Positions 35,574 through 45,094 of a stretch of DNA of 63,821 nt are shown piece by piece. The DNA lies in NCBI GenBank assembly GCA_964252035.1, contig CAXUOO010000287.1; one strand, 5' to 3'. The translations under genes and the position numbers were made by a program. Numbering within the stretch: position 1 is the first letter of the stretch; every line of letters starts with the position of its first letter. Origin of the DNA: Podarcis erhardii (taxonomy: Eukaryota). Below the pieces are notes generated by a model that did no database searches, was not told where the DNA came from, and saw only the letters and a program-made list of their open reading frames with translations.

Positions 35574-38561
35574 TATGACAGGCAGATGCATGTGTCGAAG
35601 GAACAGGTAGATGCCGGCCTGAAGTTTTTTTGGTAGGTTCAAAAAATCCAAGACATCTGGTTATACTGAGAAGTTGAGAGAAAGTAGACACGTAGACAGG
35701 TGTAGAAGAAGTGATTAGGTGATGTACGAATCGAGACACGTAAGATTAGGCATGCATAGAAAGGGAAAGGAATGAAAGGGCAAATGTAGCGGCTATAAAT
35801 TACTCATGAGAAAGACCAACCATTAGACAGACAGCAAATCAAGCGTTGACTGAAAGTACAGATTCCGCGAAGCAGGATATAGAGAGAGAGGCAGAAAAAC
35901 ACAGAAATGAGAAGAAAGGAAAAGTTTCAGTTGAAGACTATACCTGGTAGTAAGTTCAGTAAACCCTCTGAACCAGCAGTAGTCAAAGTGTAAGTCGTGT
36001 GATCACGCGCAGTCCATGCGTTCGTTCCTTGCGCCAAACAACGCCCAGCCAACAAGTCTAACACACCCTGAACAAAAACAAAGAGATATCATAAATATAT
36101 ATATATATTTTTTTAGCGAACGATGCAGCTCTATGAGATCTCCAGTTATGCAATGCCACTTTCGTATATATGCGTGAGAAAAAAAAAAGGATCCAACGTA
36201 TATAAATACTGGTGTGTGTGAGTGTGTGTATACACATATATATACGTATATGTAATGTTCAGCAAATACATCTATTGATATGTGCTCCTGCTGCAACTCT
36301 TGATTCACATGGGCTGCTGACATAAGGTGGACTCTGTTGTAGTTGCTGCAGCAGCAGAAATCAAGCAGTTGAGTCATAACACAGCTTAACAACTTCTGCA
36401 GAGAAAGCATATACTACTGCAGCAACTCAGTGAAGCAGTTGCTCTTATGTGGTGCTCAAGAAAGGGAAAAAAAGTGAACAATGACTAGTTCAAACTCCAA
36501 CAATCAATCATTCACCCTTCTTATGTGTCTCAAGCTGACTAAACAGGGATACATCAATCTTCAAGTGTCGCTTCTTCTGATTGGCATAAAAAGCAGCGTG
36601 TGAAATGAAACGAAGAGGAGGCGACAGAAGTGAAAACCAGTGTATCATTTACGAGAAAAAGTAATCACCAATGAAGCGGCAGTAGAATAAAGCAGACTTG
36701 AACTGTGTTGTTACGGTCATAAATGAACACCACACAAGGTCGTTGGTGCTGCAATGAATCTGATGAAGCTGTTGATGTGCCTCAAAAAGGCGAGTGTAGC
36801 CCTGCTGATGTTGGTGCCTGATTGCCAGAAAGTGAAAAAGCTGCTTATGATACTCAAGCATCCTCGACTGTCACTTCTACTACTACTACGACGACTACTA
36901 CTACTACGACTACTACTACTACTACGACGACTACTACTACTATTACTACCATTACTACTATTACTACTACAATTATTTCTAGCGAGATTGCGCGGCCTTT
37001 GTGTCTGAGACCGTGAAATGACAAATGTCGGAGAGTTGAAGTTATTTCACCACATTTTCCAAGATCCTTGAAAGAAAGTGAAGCTGCTAAAAACCAGACA
37101 CTCCTTATTAAAAAAGACAAAAAATGTGGCGATTGCTCTCGTAGATAGATAAAGATTTTCGTTGACTCGTCACCGGTGCTACAGAATTATAGTTCAGAAG
37201 CTAGTTGACTGCTAGCAAGCTGCAGCCATAATTGCTACTAAATTTAGACTCAAAAAAATATACCGCTGCTCTTGTACTGTAGTAACAAAAACGCCGACTT
37301 ATGTGATGTACAGAGAAGCCCAGTGGAAACCAAGGGCGTCTCTGAGATTGCTGCAACGAAAATGCAGTGAACGAACTTGTGCATATGAAAGATTTATGCA
37401 TGCGCGATGACTGCTGATATTGCTGCAGTAACTACTGGTGCTAACGTTGCAGCATAAGATGCTTGTGATGAGTCTGCCATAGATGCAGCCACAAGAGCAC
37501 CAGTGACCAAGTTAAAGGAAACCAGAGCTAACACAGACAGATCTATTCATATTTTATACAAATATATGAATTGTTGAGGAGTTGCTCCTGACAAAATGTA
37601 TCTAATGTAAGCCACTGATTGTTCGACGGATGGGGGAAGTGAGATGCGAAAGAGAAAACGGAAAGCCGTGATTGCAGAAGAACCACGTTGCTGCTTAACG
37701 AAATCAAGACAGACAACTGCTTCACTTTATTTGTCATCCTAAAAATGATCAAAGCAACATATAAATTATAGAGGCACCAACAACTACCAAGTACGAGGTA
37801 GCTAGTCCGACGCGACATATATATATATATCTAATTGTTTTTACAAATAATATAAATGCATCTATCGATATATATGTATATATGTATTTATTTTTACGTA
37901 TAATATAATATGTGCATCTGTCGGTGTAAGGCTAGCAGTGAATTTGAATGCAGAAGAGGTGTGGAACAGTTCTTACCTTATAGGGATAGTGATGACTTCC
38001 TAAGAAGATGAGGTGTTCGAGAGTATGCGGCAGTCCCTCATCCGTGTGCGCTTCGGTGGGCACTGTCATAAAAAGATTGCAAACGGGGGAATTCACGCGT
38101 GACAAGAAGACACGTACGCCAGTATACATGCATTTCCACTCGTGAATACAGAGGCCCTTGAGAGAAAAGTGCTGTACCTCTACGAAGCCCATTTCACTAG
38201 CTGTACGTGCACTTGGTGATAAATCTCGACTGTCTGCCGGTCCCGCTGTATCAGCAACAACCTCGTTGTTACAGTTGACTGCTGCTTTTTCATTTTCCTT
38301 GCTGCTGCTGCTCCTTCTGAAACAAAGGCCACAGGGCACACAAATGCTTGCTGCAAAAGTCATCGGCGTACAAGAGTTGCTGCCTGCTGCTGTTCGTTTT
38401 GTTATTGCGGCGCTTTTGTGTGGAACAGCAGACGTTGCTGTCGATGGGCCTAAAGACGTACTTGACGGGGCTGTACATACGCCATCGGATGGAAAAATTG
38501 CTGTTGAGGAAGTGTCAGTTTTCTGTGTTGCAGTGATTTTTTCGGCTGAGGAAGGCGCCAT
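18897..38561 (-). CDS. M16-family zinc metallopeptidase (insulinase/pitrilysin superfamily; resembles the C05D11.1/YOL098C-like group), about 11 exons, with multiple frameshifts in this assembly
   Basis: Inverted zinc motif GLPHTLEHLIFLGS, followed in order by family motifs GVLDLLAGRCLAQGTNAWT, VYLDHL..P.L..EAFKTEVHH, GVVYSEM, ETGGLM, FRGP..REALDILGSYLT, ETSPHD, EGVLYRVVRGAGFAY, ELEAAKCSTLF and an acidic C-terminal tail. Confidence 0.9.
19057..19134. repeat. 39-bp (13-codon) tandem duplication in the last M16 exon
   Basis: cttcgt(t/c)tttttctgcaaaagaagtgcctttt(c/t)ctgaaa x2. Confidence 0.9.
19441..19540. repeat. 25-bp minisatellite x4 in an M16 intron
   Basis: gcttaacaaattgtggaaaaaggat x4 with one substitution in copy 3; no spacers. 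Confidence 0.95.
20431..20650 (-). CDS. M16 peptidase penultimate exon (5' boundary approximate)
   Basis: QAAQALLWPLRGESREKNQQLLAAVAAASPADVHATAAKYMQAVV resembles the M16 C-terminal helices; donor AAG|gtgtgt at 20431/20430. Confidence 0.65.
21355..21381 (-). CDS. M16 peptidase 27-nt micro-exon (VSACEEMST)
   Basis: ttgtag|GTG...ACG|gttagc, in phase with exon 8. Confidence 0.55.
21576..21725 (-). CDS. M16 peptidase exon 8
   Basis: ctcag|GCAGTG...ATA|gtcagg; 50 codons, AVKATLAEFRRRL...SEELEAAKCSTLFSI. Confidence 0.8.
22652..22766 (-). CDS. M16 peptidase exon 7
   Basis: ttgcag|GGGTCC; GVLYRVVRGAGFAYNCSL, then after a 1-nt shift near 22713 NACALEGQLSLRLSPATDPAG|gtacgt. Confidence 0.8.
24418..24685. 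repeat. 56-61 bp tandem repeat made from the M16 exon 6/intron junction (4 extra copies plus the genuine exon end)
   Basis: Units 24418-24476, 24477-24532, 24533-24593 and 24594-24649 each start cttccatcatagagcagcactca and alternate gtcatgata and ataata variants. Confidence 0.95.
24650..27680 (-). CDS. M16 peptidase exon 6 (about 3 kb with N/S/T/E homopolymeric inserts; frameshifted)
   Basis: atttag|TGGCTGAG gives HDT-M-AELLNEYVV. Contains FWIQLLQKRF, PFPAQVELHAQGTEFVQLRLLV, LLADLLFECD, HIVADAEHLP and GVACGIGSSDAGHVLV..MTECCSMMEG|gtatat. Confidence 0.75.
27012..27150. repeat. Degenerate coding repeat (NISNTRN x3 within an N/S tract on the minus strand)
   Basis: tacgagtattacttat occurs three times among ACT/ATT triplets. 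Confidence 0.8.
28887..30735 (-). CDS. M16 peptidase exon 5 (large, with K/E- and T-rich insertions; frame broken several times)
   Basis: Starts gcag|ATATCAC (EYHETYYRWNNLALIFTG), contains FRGPAWSQHREREALDILGSYLTES and ELETVACRIMQLMEDE..LDMNRIRMLLRRE..ETSPHDT, and ends A|gtgcgt. A short internal intron cannot be excluded. Confidence 0.72.
31927..32086 (-). CDS. M16 peptidase exon 4
   Basis: gcag|GGGTG...CGA|gtacga; GVVYSEMEACERQPNSVLYQSLLHLLYPGDSGYHYETGGLMEEIRRTTISRVR. Confidence 0.88.
34154..34243 (-). CDS. M16 peptidase exon 3
   Basis: ctcag|TTTAT...GCTG|gtaata; VYLDHLMLPLLRPEAFKTEVHHLKENAASA, phase-consistent. Confidence 0.88.
35944..36067 (-). CDS. M16 peptidase exon 2
   Basis: ttcag|GGTGTG...CCAG|gtatag; GVLDLLAGRCLAQGTNAWTARDHTTYTLTTAGSEGLLNLLP. 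Confidence 0.9.
36885..36970. repeat. (ACT/ACG/ATT)n degenerate triplet array in M16 intron 1
   Basis: Directly visible. Confidence 0.9.
37977..38561 (-). CDS. M16 peptidase exon 1 (contains HTLEH)
   Basis: ATG at 38561, 195 codons, donor AAG|gtaaga. Confidence 0.9.
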
Positions 38562-40174
38562 GTCGTTCACCGTCGGTAGCGGCAGCAAATCCCCGCAATA
38601 ACCAGAGCAACGCCTCCAGAAAAAAAAAGCAAGCGTATACAGGAAGCAGCGAAACTTTTTTCTCACACACAAGCCACAACAGGGGTAGAAAAGCAGCGCT
38701 CAGCGACGACTACTCTTGCAAACAACAAGGTCTTCGCCGTTGACTACTACGGTTGTGGCCGGTATCAACATGATGAAGCGGAGGACGGAATGGTGTGCTG
38801 CGCGGTGCAGTAAGCATCAACTCGATAGCATGGAATGACGAAAACACGGGCGGCAACTGGCCGAAGTGCTTGTTGCGCCAACAACAGCAGTCACTGTGGC
38901 ATACACGACGAATAAAACTCAGCTGAAGCTGATATGTGAAAAGAAATAATTGCGGGAATTTTTCACAATGCAGAACACGCAGTATGGATATACGCTTGTA
39001 CATATGTGCATGGCATCGATAGCTACTTCAATACTGGAGCACGCACGCAACGTATCTGATTGAGAAAAAAGCTTCTTGAACAAGGGCAGACTGATACACA
39101 ACAACGAAAAGAATGATAACAGGAGGTTAATATAACCAGCGAATGACGAGGCAACTGCTATGTGCACCCTGATAGGTGGATGCAGCGGCGCACGCCTTCG
39201 GAAAAAGAGTTTTCCCTATTTAGATAGTAGGGCTTTTTTTTTCTGCCGCTGGTCAAGGTAAGCTTCTAGAAATCGCAACGCTTCAACAATTATAACATTA
39301 TTTCCTTTATTTATACTATTCCATCGCAATTGCTCTACAATGAATGAGGCGTTCAGAAGAGGGGGGTCGCCAAGAATTATCAATTATTCTTCTGCGGAGA
39401 GTCTTTTCGTTGACGTACAGGGTAATGGAGAAAAGAAAAGGAAGAGGAAGAGTTGGTTATCCAAAGACACGAGCAATTCTTCGTGAAGTAACCGTAGAGG
39501 GTAAAAAAGGTACCTCGAAAATAAAAGGTACTAGTTGAATGTGAATGTGATGGCTAAAGACAGCATGTAAAATTCATGCAGAAATAATGTCCCAGTTAGT
39601 ACCTCCGATAGATGATATGATATGCTGCAATTCATTCTTTTTAAAAGAGCGATGCATGCGTTCGTGACATGATCTCGCACACGAATTGACTTTCTCCACG
39701 TCTGAAACAATGATCACAACTCTTTGCATGCAGTATCTCCAATGTATTTACACGGCAGCGACGATCACGTAAACTCAACTAGTTTTACTTTGCAGCGTGC
39801 ACCTTACGCAAACTTTGGTTTCTTTTAAAGGTGTTTCCAGCTAATCTTGTTATGAGAGAGATCGTTGCCTAATTAGAGTTTGTATTCGTCCACTCGCTCA
39901 CACTGCCTGTCGAGCCTTTTGCGGCTGCTGCTGCTTCGCCAGCTTCTGCCCTGTGAAGTGAGTGCGGGCAGCAACGGCAGCACCAGCTGCAAGTTCGTGA
40001 AACAACGCGTCTTCTCAGCAACAAATACATCTAAAACAGGAGGGGACTGCCCGTGTGCATAGCGTTAAGAGCAGCGTAGGTATTTGCAGAGGGAGAACAG
40101 CAGCAAAAACAGACATACCACAGCAGCAAAACGTCGCAGAAATTTTTTTATCATCTGAGTATTTCGTGACCTCT

Positions 40175-41517
40175 ATGGACGCCAGCGGTGGAGCCCTTCC
40201 TGCTGCTAATACGACTGCATGTAATGCTGCTGCGGCTCCTTCTCGTAGTGCTGCTTACCCTGCTAATAACACCTCTACGGGTGCAGCTGCTCTAACTGAC
40301 GCTAAATCCGCGGGGCCTGTTGCAACTGATGCTACAGGGGAGAAGGAATCTCCGGCTGCGGCTGCGACCGCACACCAGGAAAATAAGACAAGTGCAGCAC
40401 AGGGCAACATAGCAACAGCTGCAGCAACATTTGATGGCAAAAGCAGCTATGACGACAGCTCTTCTGCGGAAGACGAGATCAAGAGCAACGAAAGTAGCGA
40501 ACATCCAGTTGGTGCAACAGATCAAAGATGGGATGAAACTTCAGGCAGGCTGCAGCGCAGCAGCAAGAAACGAAGGAAGACTGCTTCAGACTTACGCAGA
40601 GCTGAGAGACGTGCGGAGCAGCGCGCAGCAGCAGAAGCAACTACTACGCAACGGCAAGAGCCGCAGAGAAAGCAACAGCAAGGGCAAGAGCGAGCCGATA
40701 CATCTTCGGGAGAGTCATTCACGGATGAAGTTGAGCGTGAAAAGGTTGAAATGCAGTCGTTGAGCAAAGCTGGAAATGTAACGGGCATCCTCGCTCTTCT
40801 TGCGTTGCCAGAGCGACTACAACAACAGCTCCAAAGGGATAAACAGCAGGTTACTCAGGAAAAACAGCCCTGTGTGATTGACCCGGCGAAGAGTTACCTT
40901 TTGCACTGTAAAGATTCTTTTCACCGGTATGATACATCAGTGTTGATGAACAGAGTAAAGACGCCCAAACGTGCTGCCCTTCCCTTTGAACACATTTTCG
41001 AAGAGTTGAAGTTGCAATCGCTTATTCTCTGCACAGGGCTGAAAACTGTATGATTGAACTTACCTTGCTATTCTCTATTGCTGCTGCTTTTGCCTTTTTC
41101 TCAGATAATATTACAATAATCGAGTATCATGTGTGTGCCCTACAGCGTCCCAATTGCACCACCGTAGAGATTTCCTCCTGCCGCTTTTCTGGTCCAGCCC
41201 CTGGGTTAAGCTGCTGCCCTTGCTGCGGCGTTTGCTGATGTTGTTCTGTCCGCTGCAGCACGCCTCTGCATCTAGCATCTTTTGGAGGTAACCGGCGGAA
41301 GGCGAGCCGAAGACGGGTGTATTTCAGCGAGCTCCCAACTTTCGATATAGAGTACAGGATAAATTTCCTTACACATATAGGCGTGATCATGCATACACAT
41401 TGCCAAATAAGTATATACGCGTGTATATATATATATACATTAAAATATGTCAACCATGCTCAATCGGTTTTGAATATGTGAAGTTGTGCTTCTGTGCCAT
41501 TCTGTGTGCATATGAGA

Positions 41518-41583
<66 letters not shown>

Positions 41584-41890
41584 GCACATGTAATTGTATG
41601 CAGCTTCCCCATCATATGTCTCGGTAAGGTTTATGTCGCAAAAATGCACGGAATCAGTGAATTCAAAGTGGTGAGCATCAAAAAATACGATTATTCACTG
41701 TTTGTATCGATTGTTTGCGAATGTGTGTTTATAATCATGTACACGACAGATTGAGCGCCTCAGCGCACGGGTCCGATTAGTAAAAACTTTTTGTCGCTAA
41801 ATTAGATCTGTGGAAGACTTTTTCACAATGCTTGTAGTGATTTGCGTGCAGGGCGAAGAGAAGACACTCGCTGTACCATACGCTGCATCT

Positions 41891-41939
<49 letters not shown>

Positions 41940-43500
41940 TTGTCCGTTTACGCGTTGCATTACCATGCAACCTTTTTTATCTTGTGTGTAACATGTATAT
42001 CCCCACAAACTCACACATATAAGAAGCAGCTGATTCTGATACTATTGTGTACCATAGGTCACACGGAAGCAGTGCGACTGCTGCTGCGCTTGGGAAGTAG
42101 CGTAAAGGCGACAGCACAGGATAGTTTAACCCCGCTTCATTTTGCTGCTCAGCATGGGCACTGCGAAGTTGTTGAGCTGGTAAGGAGAGGTGGTGTCTTG
42201 GAACCAGCAGCAGCAAGAAGAGCAATACGGATTGCGAAATCTCGGCAAGTAGATCCGCTGAATCAGCAGACACAAAATTTGTATCGAACACACGCTTAGC
42301 ATTCCCACTAGCTCTAACTGCAAAAGACAACACATCGCTAGTGCCAGCAACAATGCTAATGTCTACCGTCTCATTAAAAGCCACAGAAATGCTATTAACA
42401 CCACTGGTCTACACAGCAGAAATACTTGTTGCAGCAGTAGTATGCTGAACAATGGAAGCAACAACGCCGCGTCGGGGGCACCTCGATAGCAGCTGCTGCT
42501 GCAACGGAACAATGTAACATGTATGCAACAATCTTTGCAGCAGCGACATGGTCTTCTCCTCTTTTGTAGCACCAACTGTCGAGCCTGCCTCTATCGCTGC
42601 AGCAGTCGGTCTTTGCTCCGTGTCCCTCTTTTTGCTTGCGCTGTCTCTGCAGCTGCTGCGCGCTGGCGCCAATGTCAACGCGCTTGTTGGTCGAGGCCGT
42701 CGCTCCGCGCTGCACTTTGCCTGCAAGAAAGGTTATCTGAATGTTGCTATTCTCCTGATTCAATATGGTATGTTTTAGATGATGCAAACACTACTTTTTC
42801 GCCACTGCGAGCCACCGTCCTTAAAGTGCTGTGTCGCTCTTTGATACACTTTCGCTGCTCCGATTAGGAAGTTTGTATCGTTGCTGCTTTCAGCTAAGCG
42901 TAGTTGCGTAGCCCGTTTCTGTAAACCATCCGCTACCTGTGATTTATTGGAAAATTGCCACTAGCATACTAATCAGACGACTTCAATTGGGTGTTGTTCC
43001 ATCTGATGCGATTGGTAAGCTACTGCATTCAACTTCACCATTCCGAAGCTGCGCGGCGCTGATGTGTATCATTGAGGTCCGTCTCTAGTAGGGGCTCTCC
43101 CTGCTCCTGCATATACATCCTGGTGTTGGCATAGGTTTTGGCTGTTGCTGCTGTTTCTAGGCGCAGATATATCCTCAAAAATTCTCAGGGTTGCACACCA
43201 CTGGACGGCCTCGACGAAGAAACACAGCAGCTGCTGCGTCAAGCAGCATCTTTGCGCTACAAGTCAGGCAACACTAAAAAGCATCGAGTAAGAAAGGAAA
43301 GTGAATCGAAACCCTCCCAAGGGGAAGAGCAGCACCAGAATTTGCTTACCAGGGCAAATGAAGCAAACTCTCAAATGGAGCAGCTGCAAAAGTTGGACCA
43401 ACAACAACCGATGGTGCAACAGCAGCAGCAGCTCGAATTAGAGCAACGCAAAGAGGTGGTTGTAGAGGCATGCAGCAGCAGCACAGTCGCCCCTTTATAA
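40175..43500 (+). CDS. Ankyrin-repeat protein (about 3 repeats) with a low-complexity A/S/Q-rich N-terminus
   Basis: Exons 40175-40926 (CG|gtatga), 41259-41287 (29 nt, R-TPLHLASFG), 42058-42179 (GHTEAVRLLLRLGSSVKATAQDSLTPLHFAAQHGHCEVVEL), 42653-42767 (LLRAGANVNALVGRGRRSALHFACKKGYLNVAILLIQYG) and 43161-43500 (GADISLKNSQGCTPLD after a 1-nt correction at 43173-43174). Canonical TPLH/GH..vv.lLl..Ga motifs. Confidence 0.88.
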
Positions 43501-45094
43501 GTGGGAAACAAGACTGTGGGCATCAGCGAAACTGACGATCACACAGAAGCCACAGATTGCAGCATCATGAGAAACGGCAGCGCCAGCAATATCTGCGGCA
43601 GCGTCGCCAGAAGCAGCAGCAGCGGATATTACAAGGGTGAAAGCAGCCGCTATTATGCACAGCAGGACAGTCGCCCTGATTGTGTTTTAAGCGTACGAGG
43701 CTTCAAAGAAAATTCTACTACCGTTCTGTATTACACCGCTTCTTGCTTTATAGCTGCTCCACATGGGGAATCAAAAGACTAAATATATGTATAGCTCGGT
43801 CGAGTAAATGAACAGGTAATAAAAATTTTTGCCAGTGTTTGAGATACTGTGCCTTTTCTCCCAATCTTGCCATGTCAACGTATATGTCTTGTAATCTCAT
43901 TCACAATGTATACGGTGAAAGATGCGCCTTCTGTTTGAGTGGCAGAAAACAAGGTAATTTTTCTGTAAGCTCTTATGCACGGTAAAGACTCGCGGGCTTT
44001 GCTGCTATTGAGCAACTGACAGCTCTAGGGAGCTACAAGCAATCAAACGTAACAGACAGACTCAGTTCTACGAGTGCGATTGCTGGTTGCTGGTGGAAGG
44101 ATCAAGCACGCTTGTTGGCCCAATTAGAAGAGATATGCGGCTTCAAATGCCCGTTAGCCCTGCGCTTTAATCGAGTGCACCTTTTGACGCACATATAGTA
44201 ATTTTTGTCCTAATATGGTGCATTGTGAGAGACGGTGCGGGGACGCTGCCGTTTGTGTCTTATGATGGATCATACTATGTTCTCAGTACCCCGTTGAGAT
44301 GGTATTTTGTGGACGGCGTGCCCGGCGGCTGCGTTTTCTATTGCTAAGACCAATCAAGCAAGCTTGCTATTCTGAACTGTGCGCGAGAATTTTTTTCAAA
44401 AGCTTATGCAAATTCACATAGCTGTGCTGTAAATTTTTCCGCTCTTGGTCTGACGGTATCGATGGACGGTGAAACGCCCGATTTTCCAGATTCACCTCTT
44501 AAAATTACCTGATGTTGAGTTTTGAATCCAGCAGTGTTCATAATGCACAGGTATACAAGCAAATGAATTGGAAGGCAACACAATTTCAATCAATATATTC
44601 CCACATGATCCATAAATATGATCACTTATATACGCTTACACGAAAAAGACTGAGCAGTTTCTCTGCGCGACTTCCCTTTCTGGCAGGTGCCAATCGGCAG
44701 CGTCTGCAGTCGCCTCTCAGAATGCCTCATTAGCATAAGTGTGCACGCAAAAGGAAAAAACTGCTACAAATACTACTACTGCTGCTGATGCTAGCTTTGT
44801 TGCTAGTGGTGCCGCAAGATAATACTTCACACTGAACACGCTCGAATACGTATGACAATAGCAGACATGATAAAGATTGAGGTAGAAGAACTTCTATACT
44901 AGCAGCTATTACGTGTAGCGCTCACATTGAGCGGGGACGGCGGAAGAAGCAGTGAGTGAGCGGGACTAAAGTTGCCGGACTTAAAGGAACCGAGAGAATT
45001 GGCTGTTGTTGCGGTAGTCGTTGTCGCCGTAGACCGCAAGTGTTGCTGCTAGTGTGAACTGAGATACTGTTTGTGAAACTCTACGAAGGGCGCT

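Noticed and set aside
38562-38672. Hydrophobic N-terminal extension (possible targeting peptide) of the M16 peptidase
   Set aside because: The upstream in-frame stretch has no ATG and depends on a non-ATG start in the ORF track.
44404-44589. Myosin-like P-loop (QVILRGESGKSG)
   Set aside because: Lacks the GESGAGKT lysine-threonine and any other motor motif; short isolated ORF.
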